Assembly (NCBI GenBank): GCA_001443385.1
Contig: LDXP01000001.1
Coordinates: 5,285 to 69,284 of the forward strand
Length of the DNA stretch: 64,000 nt
Origin: Candidatus Rokubacteria bacterium CSP1-6
GTDB taxonomy: Bacteria > Methylomirabilota > Methylomirabilia > Rokubacteriales > CSP1-6
Direction: 5' to 3'
The stretch's first letter is position 1; each line of letters starts with the position of its first letter. Below the pieces are notes generated by a model. The model was not told the origin of the DNA. It was given only the letters and a program-made list of their open reading frames with translations, and ran no database searches. This document shows positions 9,823-18,430 of the stretch, in pieces. The translations under genes and the position numbers were made by a program.

Positions 9823-10982
9823 TAGAGGAGGATGTCGGCGTCGGCGGGCATTCCCGGCTTGAGGAGCCCCTGGGGGTTGTCCACGGCGATCTTGATCCGG
9901 AAGACGAGGTTGACCCGCTCCTTCTTCGTCTGGACATTCTTCGGGGTGAACTCGGCCTCGGAGGCGATCTCCGTGATCTTGCCGCTGAAGGTCCGGTCCT
10001 TGTACGCGTCGATCGTGATTCGCGCGGCCATCCCGACTTTGATCCGCCCGATGTCCGTTTCGGGAACGTAGGCGCGGAGCCAGAGGTCGGTCGGATCCAC
10101 GAGCGTGAGGATCGACACCCCGGAGTTGGCCATCTCGCCCGCTTCGAGATTCTTCCGGAGGACGACGCCGTTGATCGGAGACACGATGGCGGCCTCGCGC
10201 AGCCGGCTCCCGGCGAGGTCCAGCGCCGCCCGGGCCTGGCTCACCTGGCCGCGCGCCGCCTCGACCTGGAAGGGGCGCGGCCCGGCCAGGAGGAGGTCGA
10301 GATGATCGCGGACGGCTTTGAGCTGGGCCCGGGCCGCCTCGATCTGGTCGCGGCGCGGCCCGGCCTCCACCATCTGGAGGTTCGCCCGGGCCGAGCGCTC
10401 CTGGGCCACCGCCACCTCGTATGCCTGCCGGGCCCGGTCCACTTCCTGCATGGCGATGAGCTCCTTGGCGAACAATTCCTGGGCCCGCTTCAGATCGCGC
10501 TCGGTCCACACCCGGGTGGCTTCGGCGCTCCGCATGGCCTCCCGCGCCTGCTCGATCTCCTCCCGGCGCGACCCGGCCAGCAGGTCGTTCAACTGCGACT
10601 GGGCCCGATCCACGGTGGCGCGGGCCTCCTCGATCTCTTGGCGGCGCGCGCCCGCCAGCAGGTCGCGGAGTTGTGCCTCGGCACTCTTGAGGGCGGCCTC
10701 CGCGCGCTCAACTTCGGCCTTGAGCTCGGCGCCGTCGAGGCGCACGAGCAGCTGGCCCTCGGTCACCCGGTCGCCTTCGCGGACGCGCAGGGAGAGGATC
10801 CGGCCGGCGATCTTGGCGCTCACGTCCACCTGCGTCGCCTCCATGTTGCCGGTCACCTGGATGGTCGGGACGCCGAGGGAGTTGAGGAACCGCGACGCGA
10901 GGGGGCCGCCGACGGCCAGCGCGGCCACGACGAGCAGCACGGCCGTGATGCGCGCGAGGCGGGATCGGGTTGAGGGACTCAC
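9822..10982 (-). CDS. HlyD-family membrane fusion (periplasmic adaptor) protein, YbhG-like
   Basis: 386 aa with an N-terminal TM anchor, a long coiled-coil (AELKAEVERAEAALKSAEAQL...) and a C-terminal beta-barrel/lipoyl region. Confidence 0.85.
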   Translation of the reverse strand: MSPSTRSRLARITAVLLVVAALAVGGPLASRFLNSLGVPTIQVTGNMEATQVDVSAKIAGRILSLRVREGDRVTEGQLLVRLDGAELKAEVERAEAALKSAEAQLRDLLAGARRQEIEEARATVDRAQSQLNDLLAGSRREEIEQAREAMRSAEATRVWTERDLKRAQELFAKELIAMQEVDRARQAYEVAVAQERSARANLQMVEAGPRRDQIEAARAQLKAVRDHLDLLLAGPRPFQVEAARGQVSQARAALDLAGSRLREAAIVSPINGVVLRKNLEAGEMANSGVSILTLVDPTDLWLRAYVPETDIGRIKVGMAARITIDAYKDRTFSGKITEIASEAEFTPKNVQTKKERVNLVFRIKIAVDNPQGLLKPGMPADADILL

Positions 10983-10987
10983 GGGGC

Positions 10988-12325
10988 TCAGGACCTCGGA
11001 GCGCTCCCGGGCGGGATCGGCAGCAGGACCCCCACGTTGCGCCGCTCGTCGGGGAAGTAGGCGCGGGCCACCCGCTGGAGATCCGCGGCGGTCACCGCGC
11101 GGATCGCCGGGACGAACCCGTCCCGGAGCCGCCAGCCGCCGAGGAGCTCGAAGCGGGCCAGGAGGGAGGCGCGGCTGTACACCGAATCCTGCCGGAAGAC
11201 GAAGGAGGCCTCGATCTGGTTCTTCGCGCGCTCGAGCTCGGTGGCGGAGACGGGCTCGGTCTTGAGCCGCTCCACCTCCTTCATCAGGGCGCGCTCCAGC
11301 GCCTCGGGGGTCTGGCCGGGCAGCGCCGTGGCAAAGAACCAGAAGAGGTTCGGGTCCGTGGAGAAGTAGGAGTAGTCGCCGCCGGCGTTCAGCGCGATCT
11401 GCTGCTCGTACACGAGCCGGCGGTAGAGCCGGGAGCTCCGCCCCTCCGAGAGGATCGTGGACAGCAGCTCCAGCGCCAGTGCGTCCGGCGAGCGGAAATT
11501 CGGCACCGGGTAGCCGATGAAGACCAGCGGGAGCTGGGCCTCCTTCTTCACCGTCACCCGGCGCTCGCCGTTCTGCCTGGGCTCCGCCACCGTCAGGGGC
11601 GGCGGGTCGGCGGCGCGCGGGATGGGGCCGAAGGCCCGGCGGATCTTCTCGAGGAGCTCGGGCGCCTTGAAATCGCCCGCGGCGGCCACCAGAGCGTTGT
11701 TGGGGACGTAGTAGGTGCGGTAGAAGGCTCGAAGCTCCTCCACCGTGAGCCCGCGGAGATCCTCCATCCAGCCGACGATCGGCGAGCGGTACGGGTGCGC
11801 GACGAAGGCGATCGCCGACAGCTCCTCCCCGAGGAAGCCCTCCGGGTCGTCCTCGGTCCGGGTGCGGCGCTCTTCCATGACCACCTGCCGCTCGGATTCG
11901 AAGTCTTTGGGATCGAGGAGCAGGTTCCGCATCCGATCGGATTCAAGGGCGACAATGAGGTCGAGCTTGTCCGCCGAAACGTTCACGAAATAGGAGGTGT
12001 GGTCCTGGCTCGTGAAGGCGTTGTCCTGGCCGCCGTTCTGCTCGACGAGGGTGGAGAACATCCGGGGGCCATAGGTCGGCGTCCCCTTGAACATCATGTG
12101 CTCCAGGAGGTGGGCGAGGCCGGTGGCACCGGGCCGCTCGTTGCGGGAGCCGACCCGGTACCAGACCTGGAAGGAGACGACGGGGCTCCGGTGATCTTCC
12201 AGGAGCAGCACCCGGAGGCCGTTGTCCAGGGTGGCCTCCAGCACCTCGTCCGCCCCCGGCGCTGACGCCCCCGCGAACACGACAACAAGGACGGCGACAA
12301 GGACGAAACGGATGAAGGCTTTCAC
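10988..12325 (-). CDS. M16 family zinc peptidase, catalytic (alpha-like) subunit
   Basis: 445 aa with a signal peptide and an intact inverzincin motif HLLEHMMFKGT. The downstream Glu-containing region is conserved. Confidence 0.88.
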   Translation of the reverse strand: MKAFIRFVLVAVLVVVFAGASAPGADEVLEATLDNGLRVLLLEDHRSPVVSFQVWYRVGSRNERPGATGLAHLLEHMMFKGTPTYGPRMFSTLVEQNGGQDNAFTSQDHTSYFVNVSADKLDLIVALESDRMRNLLLDPKDFESERQVVMEERRTRTEDDPEGFLGEELSAIAFVAHPYRSPIVGWMEDLRGLTVEELRAFYRTYYVPNNALVAAAGDFKAPELLEKIRRAFGPIPRAADPPPLTVAEPRQNGERRVTVKKEAQLPLVFIGYPVPNFRSPDALALELLSTILSEGRSSRLYRRLVYEQQIALNAGGDYSYFSTDPNLFWFFATALPGQTPEALERALMKEVERLKTEPVSATELERAKNQIEASFVFRQDSVYSRASLLARFELLGGWRLRDGFVPAIRAVTAADLQRVARAYFPDERRNVGVLLPIPPGSAPRS

Positions 12326-12334
12326 GAATCGATT

Positions 12335-12376
12335 ATACCGTGGATCCCCCTCACCCTGCCCTACCCGACGCCCCTT
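12335..12376. repeat. GC-rich palindromic intergenic element, REP-like copy 5 (partial)
   Basis: CCCCCTCACCCTGCCCTACCCGACGCCCCTTACCTCTTCT lies between the MFS stop and the M16 alpha start. Confidence 0.45.
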
Positions 12377-13643
12377 ACCTCTTCTGGGCGCGCTTGAGGC
12401 GGAGCGGCTGGGGAAACGCCATGACCACCACCGCGCCGAGCCCGGCCACCACCGCCGCCCCGTAGCAGCCTCCGGCGAAGGAGCCCGTCACGTCCTTGAT
12501 CCAGCCGGTGAGGAAGGGACCCACGATCGAGCCGACGAAGCAGATCGTGTTCAGAAGACCGAAGGCGCTTCCCAGCACGCCCGGCGGAAAGCGATCCGCC
12601 ATGAGCGCATAGACCGGTCCCCACGTCCCCCAGAGGAAAAAGCTCGTGGCCATGATGAAGAAGGCCACCAGGCCCGGGGAGCCCTTGGCGGCGAGCACGG
12701 TGCCCAGGGCGCCGATGGACGCGCCCGCCAGGAGGATCGTGAGCGCGATGACCACTTTGCGGGAGATCCCGCGCTCGTGGGCGCGGTCGGCGAGCCAACC
12801 CATGGCGAAGAGGCCAAACGGGGCCGCCACGCCCTGGAAGCTCGCGTAGAGGGCCGAACGGCCCAGGTCGCTGACACCCACCTCCGAGAAGAAGAGCGGG
12901 CCCCAGGTCGCGAGCACGAACTGGAGATAGACCGGCATGATCCCGGCGAGCCCCAGGATCCAGAGCGCGGGGGTGGCTGCGACGCGCCGGAACGTCCACC
13001 CGGCGACGTCTGCCACGGGCGGGCTTGGCGGCTCGGGGACGAGCCGCCAGAGGAGGAACGCGGCCAGGAGCGGCGGGAGGGCGAATACGAAGAAGACGCC
13101 CCGCCACGGCATGAGCTCGCCCAGGACACCGGCCAGCAGCAGGCCGAGGGTCGTCCCGAGGCCCGCTCCCGAGAACGAGACGCCCTGCCCCATCGCCATC
13201 TTCTCCTTGGGTGTGTACGCGGCGATGATCACCCGGTCGTTGGAGAACATCGAACCCTGACTGAGGCCGGTGAGGAGCCGCGCGGCGAACAGCGCCGCGA
13301 ACGACCCCGCCAGCCCCGTGAAGAGGGAGGCGAGGACGCCGAGGAGAATTCCCCCCAGGACCACGCGCCGCCGCCCGAGGCGGTCGCCCAGAAAGCCCGC
13401 GGGCAGCTGCATCGCCATGTAGGCGTAGAAGAAGGCCGTGGCCAGGAAACCGGCCCGTGTGTATGAGAGCCCAAGCTCCGTCATGATGGGGGGAAGGAGC
13501 GAGGAGAGCGCCATGCGGATCATGTAGTTGCCGATCCACGCGTAGATCAGGAGGCCCCAGACGAGGTAGGCAGAGGGCACCCGGGGAGTATACGGCAGAG
13601 CCCGAGGACGGCAAAGAGCCAAATGGTGTAGTATCTGGCTCAT
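12375..13643 (-). CDS. MFS transporter
   Basis: About 420 aa with a 12-TM profile (GDRLGRRRVVLGG motif after TM2). The start was chosen at the internal ATG (MSQILHH...), which has GAGGAAGG upstream. The upstream 218 aa of the 640-aa ORF are antisense to the HtrA gene. Confidence 0.75.
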   Translation of the reverse strand: MSQILHHLALCRPRALPYTPRVPSAYLVWGLLIYAWIGNYMIRMALSSLLPPIMTELGLSYTRAGFLATAFFYAYMAMQLPAGFLGDRLGRRRVVLGGILLGVLASLFTGLAGSFAALFAARLLTGLSQGSMFSNDRVIIAAYTPKEKMAMGQGVSFSGAGLGTTLGLLLAGVLGELMPWRGVFFVFALPPLLAAFLLWRLVPEPPSPPVADVAGWTFRRVAATPALWILGLAGIMPVYLQFVLATWGPLFFSEVGVSDLGRSALYASFQGVAAPFGLFAMGWLADRAHERGISRKVVIALTILLAGASIGALGTVLAAKGSPGLVAFFIMATSFFLWGTWGPVYALMADRFPPGVLGSAFGLLNTICFVGSIVGPFLTGWIKDVTGSFAGGCYGAAVVAGLGAVVVMAFPQPLRLKRAQKR

Positions 13644-14700
13644 GCGCGCCACCTTCCTCGCCGCCGTCGCCGTCGCGCTCCTTCTGCCGTCCCCGGCGGC
13701 GGCCCAGCGCTGCACCGAGCCGCTGTCGGTCGTCTTCGAGCGCGTCTCGCCGACCGTCGTATCCATCAACGCCGTCAAGATCAACAAGGGCAAGACCCAG
13801 CGGCGCTTCTCGATCGTGGTGGGGTCGGGGTTCATCCTCGACGGAAGCGGCGAGATCCTGACCAACGCCCACGTGGTGGACGGCGCCACCGGCATCTCCG
13901 TCACGCTCGACTCGGGCGACCGGGTGGACGCGCGGATCCTGGGCCTCGACCCGGTCCTGGACCTGGCGCTGCTGAAGGTGGACGCCGACCAGCGGCTCCC
14001 GACCGTCACGCTGGGGGATTCGGAAAAGCTCAAGGTGGGCGAGGAGGTGATCGCCATCGGCAACCCCCTCGGGCTCGACCAAACCATGACCCGGGGGATC
14101 GTGAGCGGCACCAACCGGATGCTTCCCGAGGTGCCGGGCTCAGTGGACGAGCCGATGATCCAGACCGACGCGGCGATCAACCCGGGCAACTCCGGCGGGC
14201 CGCTGATGGACCGGTGCGGGCGGGTAATCGGCATCAACACGCTCATCTCCGAGGAGGCGCAGAACATCGGCTTCGCGATCCCGATCAACGTCGCCAAGTC
14301 CGTTCTCCGAGAGCTCCGGGAGAAGGGGCGGGTGGTCCGCCCGTGGATCGGGATCCAGGGCCGGATGGTGGCCCCCTCCCTCCTGACATTGCTGCGCGCG
14401 CCGCTCGTGCCCGGTTTCCTGATCGAGGTCGTCGAGGACGGCAGCCCCGCGGAGCGCGCCGGCCTCCACGGCGGTCACCTCTCCGTCGCCGTTCAGGGCG
14501 AGGAGTTTCTCGTGGGCGGCGACATCCTGACGGCCGTCGGCGGCCGGCCTATCAAGGACGACGACAACTTCCGCGCCGCGACGAAGTCCCTCAAGCCCGG
14601 CCAGCAGGTCCGCCTGACCGTCTTCCGGGACGGCGTGACGCGGGAGGTGACGCTGGCGGTGGTGGAGCGGCCACGCCTGCCCTACGACCTCGCCGACTAA
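13642..14700 (+). CDS. htrA: trypsin-like serine protease with PDZ domain (HtrA/DegP family, S1C)
   Basis: Signal peptide MRATFLAAVAVALLLPSPAAA. Catalytic-triad motifs TNAHVV, D and GNSGGPL are present. A C-terminal PDZ domain follows (GLHGGHLSVAVQGEEFLVGGDILTAVGGRPI). Confidence 0.88.
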   Translation: MRATFLAAVAVALLLPSPAAAQRCTEPLSVVFERVSPTVVSINAVKINKGKTQRRFSIVVGSGFILDGSGEILTNAHVVDGATGISVTLDSGDRVDARILGLDPVLDLALLKVDADQRLPTVTLGDSEKLKVGEEVIAIGNPLGLDQTMTRGIVSGTNRMLPEVPGSVDEPMIQTDAAINPGNSGGPLMDRCGRVIGINTLISEEAQNIGFAIPINVAKSVLRELREKGRVVRPWIGIQGRMVAPSLLTLLRAPLVPGFLIEVVEDGSPAERAGLHGGHLSVAVQGEEFLVGGDILTAVGGRPIKDDDNFRAATKSLKPGQQVRLTVFRDGVTREVTLAVVERPRLPYDLAD

Positions 14701-14705
14701 TTTAG

Positions 14706-15566
14706 ATGGAAGTTCTGCTCCAGCTCCTGATCGGCGGCATCCTCCAGGGCGGCATCTACGCCCTCGGGGCCTTCGGGCTCTCCCTCATCTTCGGCGTGCT
14801 CCGGGTCCTCAACGTGGCGCACGGCGATTTCCTGATCCTCGGGGCCTACGCGACGTTCCTGCTCTACTCGACCCTGGGCCTCTCGCCGTTTGTGGCCCTC
14901 GCCCTGGTCTTCCCGGCCTTCGTCCTGATCGGAATGGCGGTCGAGCGCGCCCTGATCCGCCCGATGCGGGCTCAGACCGCCCACGAGTTCCTCGTCGCCT
15001 CCATCCTCATCACGCTGGGGATCGCGCTGGCCGTGGAGGACCTGCTGGCCTTCTCGATGGTCCAACCGGTCAAGGGGATCGACTACTCCCTGGCGCCTCT
15101 CCGAGTAGGCGGCCTCGTGATCTCCACCCTGCGCCTCCTGTCCCTCGGCGTGATCGTGCTGCTCTCGGTCGCGCTACACTTTTTTCTGCAATCGACGCTT
15201 CAAGGAAAGGCCATCAGGGCTGTCATCGAAGACCGGGAGGGCGCCATGCTGGCCGGGATCAACGTCCTCGCGGTCTCGCGCAACACCTTCGGGCTGGGTA
15301 TCGCGCTCACCTCCGCGGCCGGCGTCTTCTTCATCTCGATCATTCCCGTGGAGCCCCACATGGGCCTCCCCCTCACCCTCAAGTACCTCTCCATCATCGT
15401 GCTGGGCGGGATCGGCAATCTCCCGGGCACGCTCCTGGGCGCGGTGATCCTGGGGTGCTCGGAATCGCTGGTGGGGTTCTGGTGGGGCGCCGAGTGGTCG
15501 CTCACCGTCGCCTTCGTGATCCTGATCGCCATCCTCCTCTGGAGACCGAAGGGCCTCTTCGGATGA
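14706..15566 (+). CDS. livH: branched-chain amino acid ABC transporter permease (LivH-like)
   Basis: 286 aa hydrophobic protein matching the LivH/BraD family (LNVAHGDFLILGAY, GIGNLPGTLLGA). Confidence 0.85.
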   Translation: MEVLLQLLIGGILQGGIYALGAFGLSLIFGVLRVLNVAHGDFLILGAYATFLLYSTLGLSPFVALALVFPAFVLIGMAVERALIRPMRAQTAHEFLVASILITLGIALAVEDLLAFSMVQPVKGIDYSLAPLRVGGLVISTLRLLSLGVIVLLSVALHFFLQSTLQGKAIRAVIEDREGAMLAGINVLAVSRNTFGLGIALTSAAGVFFISIIPVEPHMGLPLTLKYLSIIVLGGIGNLPGTLLGAVILGCSESLVGFWWGAEWSLTVAFVILIAILLWRPKGLFG

Positions 15567-16447
15567 AGCTGGCGCTCGCCGCGATCGGTCTCTCGGCCTT
15601 TATCCTCCTCCCATGGTTCACTTCCACGTACGTGATCTCGCTGGCCTTCGCCCTCTTTCTCACCGCCGCGCTCGCCCAGAGCTACGACTGGGTGGGCGGC
15701 CACCTCGGCTACATGAACCTGGGCCACGCGGCCTTTTTCGGGATCGGCGCCTACACCTTCGGCATCGTCTTTGCCCGGGGCGGCGGCCTTCCCCTGGCGT
15801 GGACGGCCGCCGTCCTCCTCCCGGCAGCCGCGGCGCTCCTCATGAGCTACCCGTTCTTCCGCCTCCGCGGGGCGTACTTCGCCCTCGCGACGTTCGGGCT
15901 CGTGGCGCTCCTGGAGCGCCTGGCGGGGAACCTGGTAGGGCTCACGCGGGGCTCCGAGGGCCTCACGATCCCGACCGGCTACCGGCTCTACCCGGCCTAC
16001 TACACCCTGCTGGCCCTCTGCGCGGCCCTCACGCTGGCCACGTGGTGGCTCTCGCGTTCGCGGGTGGGGCTGGCGCTCGTGGCGATCCGGGAGGACGAGG
16101 ACGCGGTCGGCGCTTACGGGGTGGCGCCCTTCCGCTTCAAGTGCGGAACGCTCGTCGCGAGCGCGGCGGTCGCCGGGCTGGTCGGGGCCGTCTATACCTG
16201 GCAGATTACCTACATCACGCCGGGGGACATCTTCAGCCTGGAGAAGGCGGTCGGCCCCGTGGTGATCGCGATGATCGGGGGATCGGGGACCGTCCTGGGA
16301 CCGCTGGTGGGGGCGCTCTTGATCGAGGTGATCCGGGAGTTCCTGCGCTTCAAGACCCAGTACCTCGCCCTGACCGTTTACGGGATCATGCTGATCCTCG
16401 TCGGGCTCTTCATCCCCGGCGGCCTCATGCGCCTCCGCCGCCGTTAG
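15563..16447 (+). CDS. livM: branched-chain amino acid ABC transporter permease (LivM-like)
   Basis: Internal ATG (MKLALAAIGLSAF...) overlaps the livH stop (ATGA). It has a LivM-type hydrophobic profile. The 36 aa upstream in the ORF are not protein-like. Confidence 0.82.
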   Translation: MKLALAAIGLSAFILLPWFTSTYVISLAFALFLTAALAQSYDWVGGHLGYMNLGHAAFFGIGAYTFGIVFARGGGLPLAWTAAVLLPAAAALLMSYPFFRLRGAYFALATFGLVALLERLAGNLVGLTRGSEGLTIPTGYRLYPAYYTLLALCAALTLATWWLSRSRVGLALVAIREDEDAVGAYGVAPFRFKCGTLVASAAVAGLVGAVYTWQITYITPGDIFSLEKAVGPVVIAMIGGSGTVLGPLVGALLIEVIREFLRFKTQYLALTVYGIMLILVGLFIPGGLMRLRRR

Positions 16448-16509
16448 ACGCCAAGGTCAAGTGGCCCTCCTCTCCTTTCGGGAAGCGATCACGGCGAGGT
16501 CTCCGGCTC

Positions 16510-17337
16510 TCACCGGTTACGCAGTCGCGGGTTCAGGGTGTCGTTGAGCCCCTCGCCGAGCAGGTTGATGGCGAGCACGGTGAGGAGGATGGCGATACCC
16601 GGGATCGTGCAGAGCCACCACGCCGTGCGCAGGAAGGTGCGCCCCGCGCCGATCATGAAGCCCCAGCTCATCGTGTTCGGATCGCCGAGGCCGAGGAAAG
16701 AGAGCGCGGACTCGATGAGAATCGCCGTCGCCACGATGAGGGAGCCGGTCACGATGATCGGCGAGAGGCAGTTGGGCAGGATGTGGCGGAAGATCACGCG
16801 GCGGTCGCTCATGCCGAGGCAGATGCAGGCCTGGACGAACTCGCGGCTGCGCATAGCCATGAACTCGCCGCGGACGAGGCGGGCGACGGCGGGCCAGCTC
16901 ACCACGGCGATGGCGATGACGATGCTCTTGATCGAGGGCGCGAGGATCGCCACGAGCAGGATCGCGAAGAGGAAGGTCGGGATGGTCTGAAAGAACTCCG
17001 TCACCCGCATCAGCACGTCGTCGACGAGGCCGCCATAGTAGCCCGCGACGCCGCCCATCACGGTCCCCACGACCATGGCGCCGACGGTGGCAAGGAGGCC
17101 GATCATCAGCGACGTCCGCGCTCCGTGCGCGATCCCCGCTGCCACGTCCCGCCCCAGCACATCGGTGCCGAAGAGGTAGCTCCCGAACGGTGGCAGGAAG
17201 GGCTGGTCGACCCGGCGAAACGGGCTGCCCGAGAAGGCGATCGGCGCCGTGGCGGCGGCGACGACGACGATGGTAAGGACGGCGAGCCCGAGCAGGGCCG
17301 AGCGGCTCCTCACGAAGCGGCGCCAGAAGGCCATCAC
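16510..17337 (-). CDS. peptide/nickel ABC transporter permease (DppC/OppC-like)
   Basis: 275 aa with the BPD_transp_1 signature (ESALSFLGLGDP), typical of DppC. Confidence 0.85.
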   Translation of the reverse strand: MMAFWRRFVRSRSALLGLAVLTIVVVAAATAPIAFSGSPFRRVDQPFLPPFGSYLFGTDVLGRDVAAGIAHGARTSLMIGLLATVGAMVVGTVMGGVAGYYGGLVDDVLMRVTEFFQTIPTFLFAILLVAILAPSIKSIVIAIAVVSWPAVARLVRGEFMAMRSREFVQACICLGMSDRRVIFRHILPNCLSPIIVTGSLIVATAILIESALSFLGLGDPNTMSWGFMIGAGRTFLRTAWWLCTIPGIAILLTVLAINLLGEGLNDTLNPRLRNR

Positions 17338-17362
17338 CCCGCCACCGCGATTGCGCCGGGCC

Positions 17363-18349
17363 TCATGCCGCCTGGATCCGGGGATCGAGGAAGGTGTAGA
17401 GGAGATCGACGGTCAGATTCACGAGGATGACGAGGGAGGCGGACAGGAAGAAGATCCCCATCAGGAGGTTGAAGTCTCGGGCGAACAGGGACTGGTAGGC
17501 GAGGAGACCCAGGCCCGGCCACGCGAACACCGTCTCCACCACGATGGAGCCGCCGAGGAGCCCGCCCATCTGGACGCCGGCCATGGTGACGACGGGCAGG
17601 ATGGCGTTGCGCAGGACATGGGTGAGGGTGATCCGCCCCTCGGAGAGACCCTTGGCGCGCGCCGTCGCCACGTAGTCCATGCCGGCCTGCTCGAGCACGG
17701 CCGCGCGCATCAGGCGCGTGTAGAGCGCCATGTAGAAGAGCGACAGCGTGATCGCGGGCAGCACGAGGTGGCGGGCGATATCCGCGACGCGGGCCCAGCC
17801 CTCGTGGAAGGCGGCGACCGTCTCCATCCCGCTCGTCGGCAGCCAGTCGAGCTTGAGGGAGAAGACCACGATCAGCATGAGGCCGATCCAGAACAGCGGG
17901 GTGGCGTAGGAGATCAGGGCGAGGATCGAGATCAGCGTGTCACGCCAGCTGCCGACGCGGGAGGCGGCGAGCAGGCCGAGGACGATGCCCGCGCCCACGG
18001 AGAGGACGAGGGTCACCCCCATGAGCAGGAGCGTCGGCCACAGGCGCTGCAGGATGAGGTCGAGCACGGGCATGTTGTGGCGGAACGAGAAGCCGAGGTT
18101 GAGCGAGAGCATGTTCTTCACGTAGAGGAGCAGGCGGGCCCAGAGAGGGTGGTCGAGGCCGAACCGCTCGCGGAGCTGCGCCATGTACTCGGGTGAGGCC
18201 GAGCCGGCCTCGCCGGCAAGGACCTGAGCGGCGTCGCCGGGCGCGAGGTGGAGCAGCAGGAAGTTCAGGGCGAGGATGGCGAGGATCACCGGCACCGCCT
18301 GCAGCAGCCGCCGGACGACATAGCCGAATCGGCCCGTGCCTGTCCTCAT
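17363..18349 (-). CDS. peptide/nickel ABC transporter permease (DppB/OppB-like)
   Basis: The FGYVVRRLLQAVPVILAILALNFLL N-terminus is characteristic of DppB. The start was placed at the internal ATG (MRTGTGRFGYV). The alternative upstream ATG at 18394 cannot be excluded. Confidence 0.8.
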   Translation of the reverse strand: MRTGTGRFGYVVRRLLQAVPVILAILALNFLLLHLAPGDAAQVLAGEAGSASPEYMAQLRERFGLDHPLWARLLLYVKNMLSLNLGFSFRHNMPVLDLILQRLWPTLLLMGVTLVLSVGAGIVLGLLAASRVGSWRDTLISILALISYATPLFWIGLMLIVVFSLKLDWLPTSGMETVAAFHEGWARVADIARHLVLPAITLSLFYMALYTRLMRAAVLEQAGMDYVATARAKGLSEGRITLTHVLRNAILPVVTMAGVQMGGLLGGSIVVETVFAWPGLGLLAYQSLFARDFNLLMGIFFLSASLVILVNLTVDLLYTFLDPRIQAA

Positions 18350-18430
18350 GGGTCCGAAGTCGCTTCGCGCGCGGGGGGGAAGGGCGCGGGGCACCGCCGC
18401 GACGGCCGGCGGCGCCCCGAGATGCCCGCC

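Noticed and set aside
3128-12376. CRISPR array hypothesis for the repeated CCCCTCACC.../GGGGAGAGG... motifs
   Set aside because: Repeats are palindromic and irregularly spaced between genes, with no constant-length spacers and no cas genes. They are interpreted as REP-like elements instead.
12361-14082. 573-aa minus-strand ORF and the N-terminal 218 aa of ORF 12375..14297
   Set aside because: They overlap the MFS gene in another frame or are antisense to the HtrA gene. The real MFS start was placed internally.
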